Source: Candidatus Levybacteria bacterium RIFCSPHIGHO2_01_FULL_37_17
Lineage (GTDB): Bacteria; Patescibacteriota; Microgenomatia; Levybacterales; UBA12049
Length of the DNA: 64,000 nucleotides
Reading direction: 5' to 3'
Assembly: GCA_001782035.1 (NCBI GenBank)
Contig: MFNL01000001.1
Coordinates: 148,078-212,077 of the forward strand
The translations under genes were made by a program, and so were the position numbers. How positions within the stretch are numbered: the stretch's first letter is position 1; each line of letters starts with the position of its first letter. The notes below the pieces were generated by a model. That model was not told where the DNA came from. It was given only the letters and a program-made list of their open reading frames with translations, and ran no database searches. Below are positions 47,366-57,084 of this stretch, in pieces.

Positions 47366-47815
47366 ATGAAAATTACAAGCAGCGCATTTGAAGATAATCA
47401 GAAAATTCCCGACAAATACACATGTGATGGGGAAAACATAAATCCTTCTTTAGAGTTTGAGAATATTCCAGACAATGCAAAGAGCTTGAGCTTAATAATG
47501 GAAGATCCGGATGTGCCAAAAGATTTAAGAGCCGATGGCATGTTTGATCACTGGGTTGTTTTTAATATTCCACCAGAAATAATTTCAATCGAGGAAAACT
47601 CAGAGCCTTTAGGTATTGTCGGGCAAAACACCAGAGGAGACTCAAAGTATACAGGTCCGTGCCCGCCGGACAGAAAACACAGATATTTTTTCAAGCTGTT
47701 TGCACTTGATGTTATTCTTGATCTTGACTCAAGTGCCACTAAAAAAGACGTAGAAAAGGCTATGGCCGGGCATATGTTAGATAAAGCAGAATTAATGGGT
47801 ATTTACGAGCGTTGA
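47366..47815 (+). CDS. YbhB/YbcL-family PEBP (Raf-kinase-inhibitor-like) protein
   Basis: The PEBP motifs MEDPDVP (DPDxP) and KHRYFFKLFALD (HRY) are present in a protein of 149 aa. Confidence 0.8.
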   Translation: MKITSSAFEDNQKIPDKYTCDGENINPSLEFENIPDNAKSLSLIMEDPDVPKDLRADGMFDHWVVFNIPPEIISIEENSEPLGIVGQNTRGDSKYTGPCPPDRKHRYFFKLFALDVILDLDSSATKKDVEKAMAGHMLDKAELMGIYER

Positions 47816-47825
47816 CTATTACCCC

Positions 47826-47908
47826 TTGACAGTTTGGTTGTTTATTGATATAAAAAGATTACTCTATAGACATTAAATGGAAGAGGTGAAGACCTCTCCC
47901 GTTTTTTT
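47826..47908 (+). promoter_or_regulatory. rpoB upstream region: promoter TTGACA-N17-(TGa)TATAAA, then a GC hairpin plus T7 run (terminator/attenuator-like) in the leader
   Basis: TTGACA is at 47826..47831 and TATAAA at 47849..47854. The hairpin GGAAGAGGT-GAAG-ACCTCTCCC spans 47879..47900, and TTTTTTT spans 47902..47908. Confidence 0.4.
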
Positions 47909-47944
47909 GGCGTTATTTTGGCAGGAAATTATAACTTTTACCTA

Positions 47945-50900
47945 ATGGCAAAAAAGGGCAGCGACAAAGACAATAAGGATGGTATTAGGTTAACTTGGGG
48001 ACAAGACTTTTCTTTACTCCCCGACCTTGACTTACTTCAAATTCAAAAAAATTCATATAAGTGGTTTTTGGATGAAGGAATAAAACAAATCTTAAGCGAA
48101 ATATCTCCAATTGATGACTTTACCGAAAAAAATTGGACTCTGGATTTAAAAGATTATAGACTGGGAAAACCCTCAACTACCCCTGAAAATGCTCTATTAA
48201 AAGGCATTACCTATGATAGCCCCCTATACGTTTCCACAACCCTAACCAACAAAAAAACTAGCGCCAAATATAATCAGGAAGTATTTTTAGGAGACATTCC
48301 CCTTATGACTGAAAGAGGCACATTTATTATTAATGGAATAGAGCGTGCTGTTGTAAATCAGCTTGTAAGAAGTCCGGGTGTTTTCTTTACCGCAACTGCG
48401 GATAATGTTACCGGAAAAACGCTTTATATGGCAGAAATAAGACCGGTTCACGGAAGCTGGCTTGAATTTACAACCACAAGACATGAAACAATAATGGTAA
48501 AAATTGATAGACGTAGAAAGTTTTTATCTACTACGTTTTTGCGTGCCCTGGGAATGTCCTCAAACGAAACAATTAAAGAAAGATTTATACAGGCTGAAGC
48601 CGATAAAACTCAATTTATAGAAAATACACTTCTTAAAGACGATACCGCAACATCGGACGATGCAGTAATTGAAATTTTCAAAAAAATGCACCCCGGGGAG
48701 CCGGTTGTTTTAGACAAGGTAAGAGAAAATTTCTTAGGAACGTTTTTTAACAACAGAAGATACGATTTGGGAGTTGTGGGAAGGTACAAAATGAACAAAA
48801 AGCTAAAAGGAGTTGAAGGATTTAATCCGCCTTCCGAAGACACAAAAATACTAACCACAGAAGATATTATTGGAACTTTGTCTTTTCTAATTAAGCTTGC
48901 CCAGGGACAAGAAGGAGTGGATGATATCGATAATCTGGCAAATAGAAGAGTTAGGTGCGTAGGAGAATTGGTTGCAACTACAGCTTTTAGAATTGGGGCG
49001 TTGCGGCTTGAGAGGTCTGTTAAGGAAAGAATGAGCTTGATTCAGGCAGATCAGCCAATTTCAATCGGCGGCTTAATTAATGCAAGGCCTATTATGGCAT
49101 CTATTAATGAATTTTTTAGAACTTCTCAGCTTTCTACAATTTTAGACCAGACAAACCCGCTTTCCGAAATTGATAATTTAAACCGCTTAACAGTTATGGG
49201 AACCGGTGGAATTTCAAGAGAAAGAGCGGCGTTTTCGATACGAGATATAAACGCTTCCCAATACAGCCGAATCTGTCCTATCAGAAGTCCTGAAGGACCA
49301 AATATCGGTCTTGTTACATATCTTGCTTTATATGCAAGGGTTAATAGATATGGTTTCCTGGAAGCGCCATACAGGAGAGTAGTTTTGGAAAAAAGAAGTA
49401 AAGAAAAAATTTCAAAAGCAACAAATGAAATCATATATTTATCTGCAGATGATGAACGAGATCATTACATTACTCATGCAGGGGTGCTTGACAGAAACGG
49501 AAAAATCGTAGAAGAAAGAGTTGCAGCTAGATTCAGAGGTGAATTCATCGAAACAGACAGAGAGAATATTGAGTACGTAGATGTAGTGCCAAGACAGGTT
49601 GTCGGAAGTGCCGCTTCCCTTATTCCATTTGTATCACATGATGAGGCAAATAGAGCTTTGATGGGCACTCATATGCAGTGTCAAGCCGTCCCACTTTTAA
49701 AACCTGAAAGCCCAATAATTGGAACAGGTATGGAAAATGCAGTTTCTGCGATGATGGGAAGAGTAGTTTATGCACCGTACGATGGAATAGTTGAATACGC
49801 CGATTCGGATAAGGTTACGTTCAAAGGAAAAGGAGCAAAAGACGAGATTACATACTATATTGATTCTTTCAAAAGAACTTCAAACGCAACTTCCTACACA
49901 CAAAAAGCAGTTGTTAAAACAGGACAAAGAGTTAAAAAAGGAGATATTTTGGTTGACGGTCCATCATCGCAGAAAGGTGAACTAGCTTTGGGCCAAAATC
50001 TTCTTATTGCTTATATGTCTTTTGATGGACTCGGATATGAAGACGGAATTGTTATTTCGGATAGGCTGGTTAAAGAAGACACATTGTCTTCAATCCATAT
50101 TGAAAAACATGAGGCAGCTGTAGTTGAGACCAAACTTGGACCCGAAGAAACAACAAGGGACATTCCAAATGTATCCGAGGAAGATTTGGCAAATTTGGAC
50201 GAGGATGGAATTGTAGTAGTTGGGTCTGAAGTTGAGCCCGGAGATATATTAGTTGGTAAGATTGCTCCCAAAGGAGAAACAGAGCTTTCGGCAGAAGAAA
50301 GATTACTCCGTGCAATATTCGGAGAGCAAGCAAGAGAAGTAAGAGACACATCTCTTAGAATTCCCCACGGAGAAAGGGGCACTGTAATAAGTGTACAAAT
50401 ACTTGATCGTAAAAAAGGAGACGAACTTGAACCGGGAACCTTGCGAAAGATAATTGTCGAAGTTGCTCAATTAAGACACGTTGTTATCGGAGATAAACTT
50501 GCGGGGCGACACGGCAATAAGGGTGTAATTTCTAAAATACTTCCGGAAGTTGATATGCCTCATTTGGCCGATGGAACTCCGGTTGATATTATAATTTCCC
50601 CGATTTCTGTACTTGCACGTATGAATTTAGGTCAACTTTTGGAAGCCCATTTAGGTTGGGCGGCAAAAGAGCTTGGCGAAAAAATTGCAATCCCGGCTTT
50701 CGAGGAGGTTAATGAGGAAAGGATAGTTGATGAGCTTAAAAAAGCTGGTCTTCCTGTTTCAGGGAAAGCCGTGCTCTATGACGGCCGAACAGGTGAATCA
50801 TACGAAAACCCCGCAGTTGTAGGAATTGAGTACATTATGAAATTAATCCATATGGTCGAGGATAAAACCCATGCCCGCTCGACTGGACCTTACTCTCTTG

Positions 50901-51376
50901 TTACACAGCAGCCCTTAGGAGGAAAAGCTCAAATGGGAGGCCAACGTTTAGGAGAAATGGAAGTTTGGGCTCTTGAAGCACATAGGGCAAGATATACCCT
51001 GCAGGAAATGTTGACAATAAAATCCGACGATGTAGTCGGCAGAGCAAAAGCTTTTGAGGCAATTGTTAAAGGAACAGATATTCCAACCCCAAAAGTGCCA
51101 GAATCTTTTAAAGTTTTAATTAAAGAACTAAACGCTTTAGGTCTTAATGTAGTTCCTATGGGAGCGACAGTTTCTGATCAGGTAATTGATGAGCCTATTA
51201 CAACTACAGAAGAAGCCAAAAAAGCAGCAGTTGAAGAAGTGGTTGAGGATGAAGCCAAAGAACTCAAAAAAGAGTTAGGTGGAGAGGAAACATTGGCAAA
51301 AGGAGAGGAAACATCAAAAGCAGAAGGAATGGACATAGCAGAGGCAGAAGCAGAGGTTAAGAAAGATGAACAATAA
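47945..51376 (+). CDS. rpoB: DNA-directed RNA polymerase subunit beta
   Basis: Full-length RpoB conserved blocks are present (e.g. GNKGVISKILP, the fork and clamp regions). The start is chosen at the first ATG (MAKKGSD…), whereas the ORF track begins at an upstream in-frame TTG at 47918. Confidence 0.95.
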   Translation: MAKKGSDKDNKDGIRLTWGQDFSLLPDLDLLQIQKNSYKWFLDEGIKQILSEISPIDDFTEKNWTLDLKDYRLGKPSTTPENALLKGITYDSPLYVSTTLTNKKTSAKYNQEVFLGDIPLMTERGTFIINGIERAVVNQLVRSPGVFFTATADNVTGKTLYMAEIRPVHGSWLEFTTTRHETIMVKIDRRRKFLSTTFLRALGMSSNETIKERFIQAEADKTQFIENTLLKDDTATSDDAVIEIFKKMHPGEPVVLDKVRENFLGTFFNNRRYDLGVVGRYKMNKKLKGVEGFNPPSEDTKILTTEDIIGTLSFLIKLAQGQEGVDDIDNLANRRVRCVGELVATTAFRIGALRLERSVKERMSLIQADQPISIGGLINARPIMASINEFFRTSQLSTILDQTNPLSEIDNLNRLTVMGTGGISRERAAFSIRDINASQYSRICPIRSPEGPNIGLVTYLALYARVNRYGFLEAPYRRVVLEKRSKEKISKATNEIIYLSADDERDHYITHAGVLDRNGKIVEERVAARFRGEFIETDRENIEYVDVVPRQVVGSAASLIPFVSHDEANRALMGTHMQCQAVPLLKPESPIIGTGMENAVSAMMGRVVYAPYDGIVEYADSDKVTFKGKGAKDEITYYIDSFKRTSNATSYTQKAVVKTGQRVKKGDILVDGPSSQKGELALGQNLLIAYMSFDGLGYEDGIVISDRLVKEDTLSSIHIEKHEAAVVETKLGPEETTRDIPNVSEEDLANLDEDGIVVVGSEVEPGDILVGKIAPKGETELSAEERLLRAIFGEQAREVRDTSLRIPHGERGTVISVQILDRKKGDELEPGTLRKIIVEVAQLRHVVIGDKLAGRHGNKGVISKILPEVDMPHLADGTPVDIIISPISVLARMNLGQLLEAHLGWAAKELGEKIAIPAFEEVNEERIVDELKKAGLPVSGKAVLYDGRTGESYENPAVVGIEYIMKLIHMVEDKTHARSTGPYSLVTQQPLGGKAQMGGQRLGEMEVWALEAHRARYTLQEMLTIKSDDVVGRAKAFEAIVKGTDIPTPKVPESFKVLIKELNALGLNVVPMGATVSDQVIDEPITTTEEAKKAAVEEVVEDEAKELKKELGGEETLAKGEETSKAEGMDIAEAEAEVKKDEQ

Positions 51377-54300
51377 TCAGAAGAAAAACAAAGACATTAC
51401 AATCTTAGATTTCAAGGCACTAAAACTTCTTTTAGCGAGCAAAGATGACATTATGAATTGGTCATATGGGGAAGTTACAAAGCCTGAAACTATTAATTAC
51501 AGAACGCTAAGGCCTGAAAAAGACGGATTATTTGATGAGCGAATTTTCGGCCCGACCAAAGATTGGGAATGTTACTGCGGAAAATATAAAAGAATTAGAA
51601 ACAGAGGAATAATCTGCGACAAATGCGGAGTTGAAGTTACCCTTTCTCGCGTTAGGCGCGAGAGAATGGGACACATAACACTTGCGTCTCCTGTTTCCCA
51701 TGTTTGGTTTTTTAAAGGCTCAAGTTCCCCTCTTTCTTTAATGCTCGATATGTCGCAAAAAAGCCTTGAGGGTGTTATATATTATGCTTCTTACCTAGTT
51801 ACCGATTTGGATGATGATAAAAAGAAAGAAGCTCTTTCAACGCTTGCTAAAGTTATAGAAAAAAGAAAGCAAGATTTAAGACGTGATATTGTCTCCGAGG
51901 AAAAAACAATAGATAAGGAAATAGAAGGAAAGAAAAAAGAAGGAACAGGTAGGGCAAAAGGCGAGCAAAAGGATTTGATAAAAGAAGAGCTCGACCTTAA
52001 TAAAAGACAAAAAATAGCAAGACTTACCGAGCGAGCCGATGCGGAAGCAAAAAAACTCGACGAAATTCAGGATGCACTTTCTAAACTTCTTAAGAGTCTT
52101 AAAATTGGTAGCGTACTTTCGGAGGATGAGTATTACAAAATTTTGGAATACGATATTCCTATTTTCTTTACTATTAAAACAGGTGCAGAAGGGCTGATGG
52201 AGCTCATTGAAAAAATCGGCATAGCGAAATTAATATTGAATCTTCGAGAAGAAACTGCCAAAGCAAAAGGACAGAAATATTTTAAATTAATTAAAAGACT
52301 AAGGCTTTTGGAATCAATGCGAAAAGCAGGAGTCGAGCCAAAGTCCATGGTGCTTACCGCACTTCCGGTAATTCCACCAGACCTTCGTCCTATGGTCCAA
52401 CTTGCTGGAGGAAGATTTGCAACCTCCGATTTAAACGATTTATATAGAAGAGTAATAAATAGAAACAATAGGCTAAAGCATCTGATGGCATTGGGAGCGC
52501 CCGAGATAATTTTGCGAAATGAGAAAAGAATGCTTCAGGAATCAGTAGATTCTTTGATAGATGCTTCGCAGCGAACAACGCAAGTTGTTGCATCACCTCT
52601 TAGATCATTATCAGATATGCTTAGGGGAAAACAGGGAAGATTCAGACAAAATTTGTTAGGCAAAAGGGTAGACTATTCGGGCAGAAGCGTAATAGTAGTT
52701 GGACCGGAGCTCAAGCTTTCAGAGTGCGGGCTTCCAAAAGAAATGGCGCTTGAAATGTTCAAGCCTTTTGTTTTAAGAGAAGTCATAGTAAGAGGATACG
52801 CACCAAATATCAAAAGCGCAAAAAGATTTATAGAAAAAAGAAGTCCTGAAATATTTGATATCTTAGAAGAAATTACCAAAAATCATCCTGTACTGCTTAA
52901 TCGTGCCCCGACTCTACACAAATTAGGTATTCAAGCATTTTACCCTGTACTAATAGAAGGAAGTGCAATTTCTCTTCATCCTTGTGTTTGTAGCGGATAC
53001 AACGCAGATTTTGACGGCGACCAAATGGCAGTTCATATTCCACTTTCTGAAAAAGCCCAGCAAGAAGCGGCAGAGTTAATGATGCCAAAACACAATTTAC
53101 TTAAACCTGCAGACGGAAGCCCAATCACACTCCCTAATAAAGAAATGGCGGTTGGAATATTTTATCTTACCTCAATAGATGAGTCTTTAAGAGGCGAGAT
53201 CCTTTCAGGGTTCCACAATATAAACGAAGTAATGCTTGCAATTTCAATGAGAAAAATAAAAATTCGAGAACCTATTCTTGTAAAAATTGGAAAAGAAGTT
53301 ATTGAGACTACTGCAGGAAGAGTCATGCTTTCAGAAAGGCTGCCGGAAAATCTTGGATTTATAAATGAGCCAGTTAAGGCATCTGGAATAAAGGCAATAA
53401 TCAAAAAAGCTATTAAAACATTAACACCGGAAGAAGTGGAAGCCCTAATTGACAATATTAAAGCTTTGGGTTTTTACGGTGCAACTGTTTCGGGCATTTC
53501 GGTTTCGGTTTTTGATAACGAAATGATTGAAGAAAAGGACAAATTAATTCAAGAAGCCGAGAAAAAAGTTACCGGAGTAGAACAAGATTATCAGTCAGGA
53601 CTTATTACAAATGATGAAAAGAAAAGACTTTCAAACGAAATTTGGATAGAGACAACCGAAAAAATCGCAAACCTTACTTGGGACAATTTAAAAACGGGAA
53701 ACGTTATACGAACAATCATAGACTCCGAAGGAGCTAGGGCAGGAAAAGAGCAATTAAAACAGCTTTCAGCTATGAGAGGCTTAATTCTTGATCCTTTGGG
53801 AAAAATAGTTGAGCTTCCTATTAAAGGAAACTTCAGGCAAGGACTATCAATTTATGAATATGTAGCAAGTGCAAGAGGAAGCAGAAAAGGGTTAACAGAT
53901 TCTGCTCTAAAAACTGCAAACGCCGGTTATTTAACAAGAAGGCTTGTTGATGTTTCCCACGATGTTATTGTAAGAGGAATGGACTGTCAAGCCTCCGAGG
54001 GAATTTTGGTTATGCAGGGGGAACCGGGCAGAACCGCCGAATTTACAGATAGAATTTTGGGAAGATTTACGGCTGAAAAAGTAACTTCCAAAAAAAGCAG
54101 GAAAGAAGTTCTTAAAGCAAATGAAGAAATTACAGAAGAGAAAATTAAAGAAATTTTATCCGAAGGGGTTGAAGAGATATTAGTTAGGAGTCCAATTACC
54201 TGCAGGCTTGAATACGGAGTTTGCGCAATATGTTACGGATGGGACTTTTCAACTAAACAAAAAGTAGAGCTTGGAGTACCCGTTGGAGTAGTTGCAGCTC

Positions 54301-55079
54301 AATCAATCGGAGAGCCGGGAACCCAACTTACAATGAAAGTCAGACATTTCGGAGGAATAGTCATGTCTGACGTTACGCAAGGTCTACCAAGAGTAGAAGA
54401 GTTATTTGAAATGCGAACTCCCAAATCTTTATCCCCAATCGCGGAAATTTCCGGAAAAGTTTCAGTTGAAACAAGTCAAGACGGCTATATTGTAAAAGTC
54501 AAAAACTCCAAAGCCAAACCTGCGGAGGAAAAAGAATATTTTGTGCCTCTTGCATCAACACTAACTATTGAAAACGGTCAGGAAATTCTATCCGGTACCC
54601 AACTTGGGCAGGGATACCTAGATCCCAAAGAAGTTATAAAAATTAAAGGATTGGTTGATGCTCAAAGATACATAATAACCGAGGCTCAAAAAGTTTACGA
54701 AAGCCAGGGAATTGGAATAAATGATAAACATTTTGAGGTAATACTGCGAAAAATGTCTGACAAGGTAATAGTTGAAACAGTCGGAGACACATCTTTAATC
54801 CCGGGCGATTTCATAACTAAAACAAGATTTGAACAAATAAATGCAGAGGTGCTGTCCCAAGGAGGAGAACCGGCAACTGCAAGACAAACTATTCTTGGTA
54901 TTACTAAATCATCCCTATTCTCGGATTCATGGCTATCTGCTTCTTCCTTTCAGGAAACAACTAAAGTATTAACAGAAGCAGCCCTCGAGGGATCGGAAGA
55001 CAGACTTGTGGGACTAAAAGAAAATGTAATTATCGGAAGACTGATACCAGTTGAGGGAACCTCTCCAGATACGGTATAA
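51366..55079 (+). CDS. rpoC: DNA-directed RNA polymerase subunit beta'
   Basis: A zinc-binding CxxC cluster (CYCGKYKRIRNRGIICDKCG), the catalytic NADFDGDQMAVH motif and the bridge/trigger regions are present. It overlaps the rpoB stop. Confidence 0.97.
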   Translation: MNNNQKKNKDITILDFKALKLLLASKDDIMNWSYGEVTKPETINYRTLRPEKDGLFDERIFGPTKDWECYCGKYKRIRNRGIICDKCGVEVTLSRVRRERMGHITLASPVSHVWFFKGSSSPLSLMLDMSQKSLEGVIYYASYLVTDLDDDKKKEALSTLAKVIEKRKQDLRRDIVSEEKTIDKEIEGKKKEGTGRAKGEQKDLIKEELDLNKRQKIARLTERADAEAKKLDEIQDALSKLLKSLKIGSVLSEDEYYKILEYDIPIFFTIKTGAEGLMELIEKIGIAKLILNLREETAKAKGQKYFKLIKRLRLLESMRKAGVEPKSMVLTALPVIPPDLRPMVQLAGGRFATSDLNDLYRRVINRNNRLKHLMALGAPEIILRNEKRMLQESVDSLIDASQRTTQVVASPLRSLSDMLRGKQGRFRQNLLGKRVDYSGRSVIVVGPELKLSECGLPKEMALEMFKPFVLREVIVRGYAPNIKSAKRFIEKRSPEIFDILEEITKNHPVLLNRAPTLHKLGIQAFYPVLIEGSAISLHPCVCSGYNADFDGDQMAVHIPLSEKAQQEAAELMMPKHNLLKPADGSPITLPNKEMAVGIFYLTSIDESLRGEILSGFHNINEVMLAISMRKIKIREPILVKIGKEVIETTAGRVMLSERLPENLGFINEPVKASGIKAIIKKAIKTLTPEEVEALIDNIKALGFYGATVSGISVSVFDNEMIEEKDKLIQEAEKKVTGVEQDYQSGLITNDEKKRLSNEIWIETTEKIANLTWDNLKTGNVIRTIIDSEGARAGKEQLKQLSAMRGLILDPLGKIVELPIKGNFRQGLSIYEYVASARGSRKGLTDSALKTANAGYLTRRLVDVSHDVIVRGMDCQASEGILVMQGEPGRTAEFTDRILGRFTAEKVTSKKSRKEVLKANEEITEEKIKEILSEGVEEILVRSPITCRLEYGVCAICYGWDFSTKQKVELGVPVGVVAAQSIGEPGTQLTMKVRHFGGIVMSDVTQGLPRVEELFEMRTPKSLSPIAEISGKVSVETSQDGYIVKVKNSKAKPAEEKEYFVPLASTLTIENGQEILSGTQLGQGYLDPKEVIKIKGLVDAQRYIITEAQKVYESQGIGINDKHFEVILRKMSDKVIVETVGDTSLIPGDFITKTRFEQINAEVLSQGGEPATARQTILGITKSSLFSDSWLSASSFQETTKVLTEAALEGSEDRLVGLKENVIIGRLIPVEGTSPDTV

Positions 55080-55088
55080 TATGACGAC

Positions 55089-55586
55089 ATGCCAACATTA
55101 AATCAACTTTCTAAAAGAGGAAGACATAAAAAGAGCAAGAAAATTAAAGCAACAGCCCTGCGACGTATTTTTAATGCAAAAGAGAGACGCTATAAGTCAA
55201 TTGAAGCACCTCAAAAAAGAGGAGTTGTAACTTTGGTTAAAACAATGACTCCAAAAAAACCAAACTCAGCACTTCGAAAAGTAGCAAGAGTTAAACTTTC
55301 AAACAGAATGGAAGTAACCGCATATATTATGGGCGTAGGCCACAGCCTTTCGGAGCATGGAATAGTTTTGGTAAAGGGTGGAAAAGTAAGAGATTTGCCG
55401 GGAGTCAAATATCATATTGTGCGAGGAAAGTTCGATTTAGCTGGAGTAGAAGGAAGAAAATCCTCAAGAAGCAAGTATGGGACCAAAAAAGGAGGGGGCC
55501 CGGTTAGGGTTGCAGGAACACCCGCTCCAGAAGCAGCATCGGAAGCTGAAACAGCACCCATAGCGGAAGCACCTGCGCCAGCTTAA
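55089..55586 (+). CDS. rpsL: 30S ribosomal protein S12 with an Ala/Pro/Glu-rich C-terminal extension
   Basis: The S12 core is present ([18 protein letters not shown] … [18 protein letters not shown]), plus an unusual tail of about 35 aa (…[23 protein letters not shown]). Confidence 0.93.
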   Translation: MPTLNQLSKRGRHKKSKKIKATALRRIFNAKERRYKSIEAPQKRGVVTLVKTMTPKKPNSALRKVARVKLSNRMEVTAYIMGVGHSLSEHGIVLVKGGKVRDLPGVKYHIVRGKFDLAGVEGRKSSRSKYGTKKGGGPVRVAGTPAPEAASEAETAPIAEAPAPA

Positions 55587-55588
55587 TT

Positions 55589-56062
55589 ATGAGACACGCA
55601 AAAATTGAAAAAAGAAAAATAGACGAAGATAAAATTTATAACAATCTATTGGTTGCAAAATTTATAAACCGAATAATGAAAAATGGTAAAAAAACTGCCG
55701 CAGAAAAATCTTTTTATGGTGCAATGGAAATATTAAAAGAAAAGGGTAGTGAGCCAATACAGGTTTTTGAAACTGCAATGCAAAATGTAGGCCCAAAAGT
55801 GGAAGTTAAAAGCAGACGCGTTGGTGGCGCAAACTATCAGGTTCCTTTAGAAGTAAGGGGAGAGCGAAAAAGTGCGCTTGCAATAAGATGGATAGTTGAA
55901 GCAGCAAGAGATCGATCTAATTCCGAATTTCATACTTTTGCCCAAAAACTGGCTCAGGAATTTTTAGACGCTTCCAAAAATGAAGGAGCAGCAATTAAAA
56001 AGAAAGATACGGTTCATAGAATGGCCGAAGCAAACCGCGCATTCTCTCACTTCAGGTTCTAA
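55589..56062 (+). CDS. rpsG: 30S ribosomal protein S7
   Basis: It matches the S7 family (the NGKKTAAEK-containing N-terminal region and ALAIRWIVEAARDR), is 157 aa, and follows rpsL. Confidence 0.95.
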   Translation: MRHAKIEKRKIDEDKIYNNLLVAKFINRIMKNGKKTAAEKSFYGAMEILKEKGSEPIQVFETAMQNVGPKVEVKSRRVGGANYQVPLEVRGERKSALAIRWIVEAARDRSNSEFHTFAQKLAQEFLDASKNEGAAIKKKDTVHRMAEANRAFSHFRF

Positions 56063-56154
56063 ACTTAATTAACTGGAGATTGTTCACGCCACACATAATA
56101 ATAAACACTTAATTTTTGACTTACTCAATATATACTAGTATACTTGGAACAACA

Positions 56155-56478
56155 ATGCCAAGAGTTTCTAATACGTCAATTAGCAATGAGTTTAGAATTA
56201 AAATTGATAAGGCACTACCTGTAATAATAGTCTCTTTAAGAGACAAATCTGAAACTGCGGATTTCTATAGAAACTTTCTGACTTCTGAAGAACAAATAAT
56301 GATGGGAAAAAGACTCGTTCTTTACGTACTTTTATATAAGGGATATCCATTTAAGCAGATAAAAGAATTCTTGGGAATGAGTTTCGAGGCGATTCGTTTT
56401 CATAAATCAAATTGGTTAAAAATGGAAAAGGGAGCAAAAAACCTAATCAAACGCCTCGCGGAAAAATTATTCTCATGA
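56155..56478 (+). CDS. TrpR-like YerC/YecD-family DNA-binding protein
   Basis: It has the pattern FLTSEEQIMMGKRLVLYVLLYKGYPFKQIKEFLGMSFEAIRFHKSNWLK (TrpR/YerC HTH). The first ATG at 56155 is preceded by TTGACT-N17-TATACT, and the ORF-track TTG start at 56116 coincides with the -35 box. Confidence 0.6.
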   Translation: MPRVSNTSISNEFRIKIDKALPVIIVSLRDKSETADFYRNFLTSEEQIMMGKRLVLYVLLYKGYPFKQIKEFLGMSFEAIRFHKSNWLKMEKGAKNLIKRLAEKLFS

Positions 56479-57023
56479 AAAAGTTTTATGCAAAAAATAG
56501 AACCAATTGGCGGCGGTGGCTTTCCAAAAACCACGATAAAGAAAAAGAAGTCTGGCTTATATTTTACAAAAAAGCCTCAGGAAAACCCGGTGTAGGCTAT
56601 AACGATGCAGTAGAAGAAGCACTTTGTTTTGGATGGATAGATTCAATAGTTCACGCAAATAATGATGAAAGTCGCGTACAAAGATTTAGTCCAAGAAATC
56701 TAAAAAGCAACTGGTCAGAGTTGAATCGAGAAAGAGCCCGAAGACTTATTGCAAAAAAGCTTATGACACCTGCAGGTTTAAAATTGCTACCGGCGGATTT
56801 GGACAACGTCAAATATGAAATAGCAAACGAAATAGCACAAGCGTTAAAAAAGGATAAAGAGGTTTGGCAGAATTTCCAAAAATTCGACGACTTATATAAA
56901 AGAATTAGAATTGCTTATATATGGGAAGCATATAAACAAAAAAGATTTGATGAATTTAATCGGCGATTAAAGTCTTTCATAAAAGCAACAAAGAAAAACC
57001 GCAAAATCGGAACGATATTATAG
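56475..57023 (+). CDS. YdeI/OmpD-associated (OmdA, DUF1801-like) family protein
   Basis: It matches the YdeI family (WRRWLSKNHDKEKEVWLIFYKKASGKPGVGYNDAVEEALCFGWIDS…QRFSPRNLKSNWSELNRERARRLIAKKLMTPAGL). The ATG at 56475 overlaps the upstream stop (ATGA). Confidence 0.75.
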   Translation: MKKFYAKNRTNWRRWLSKNHDKEKEVWLIFYKKASGKPGVGYNDAVEEALCFGWIDSIVHANNDESRVQRFSPRNLKSNWSELNRERARRLIAKKLMTPAGLKLLPADLDNVKYEIANEIAQALKKDKEVWQNFQKFDDLYKRIRIAYIWEAYKQKRFDEFNRRLKSFIKATKKNRKIGTIL

Positions 57024-57084
57024 AATTCCAACTTGAATTATGTTATAATTTTTGAGCTCCGGAGAGGAGTTTTTTTAAGCCCTT

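Noticed and set aside
47918-47944. Upstream TTG start for rpoB
   Set aside because: The first ATG at 47945 (MAKKGSD…) is preferred, and TTG 47918 lies immediately after the leader T-run. It was kept as an alternative in the evidence.
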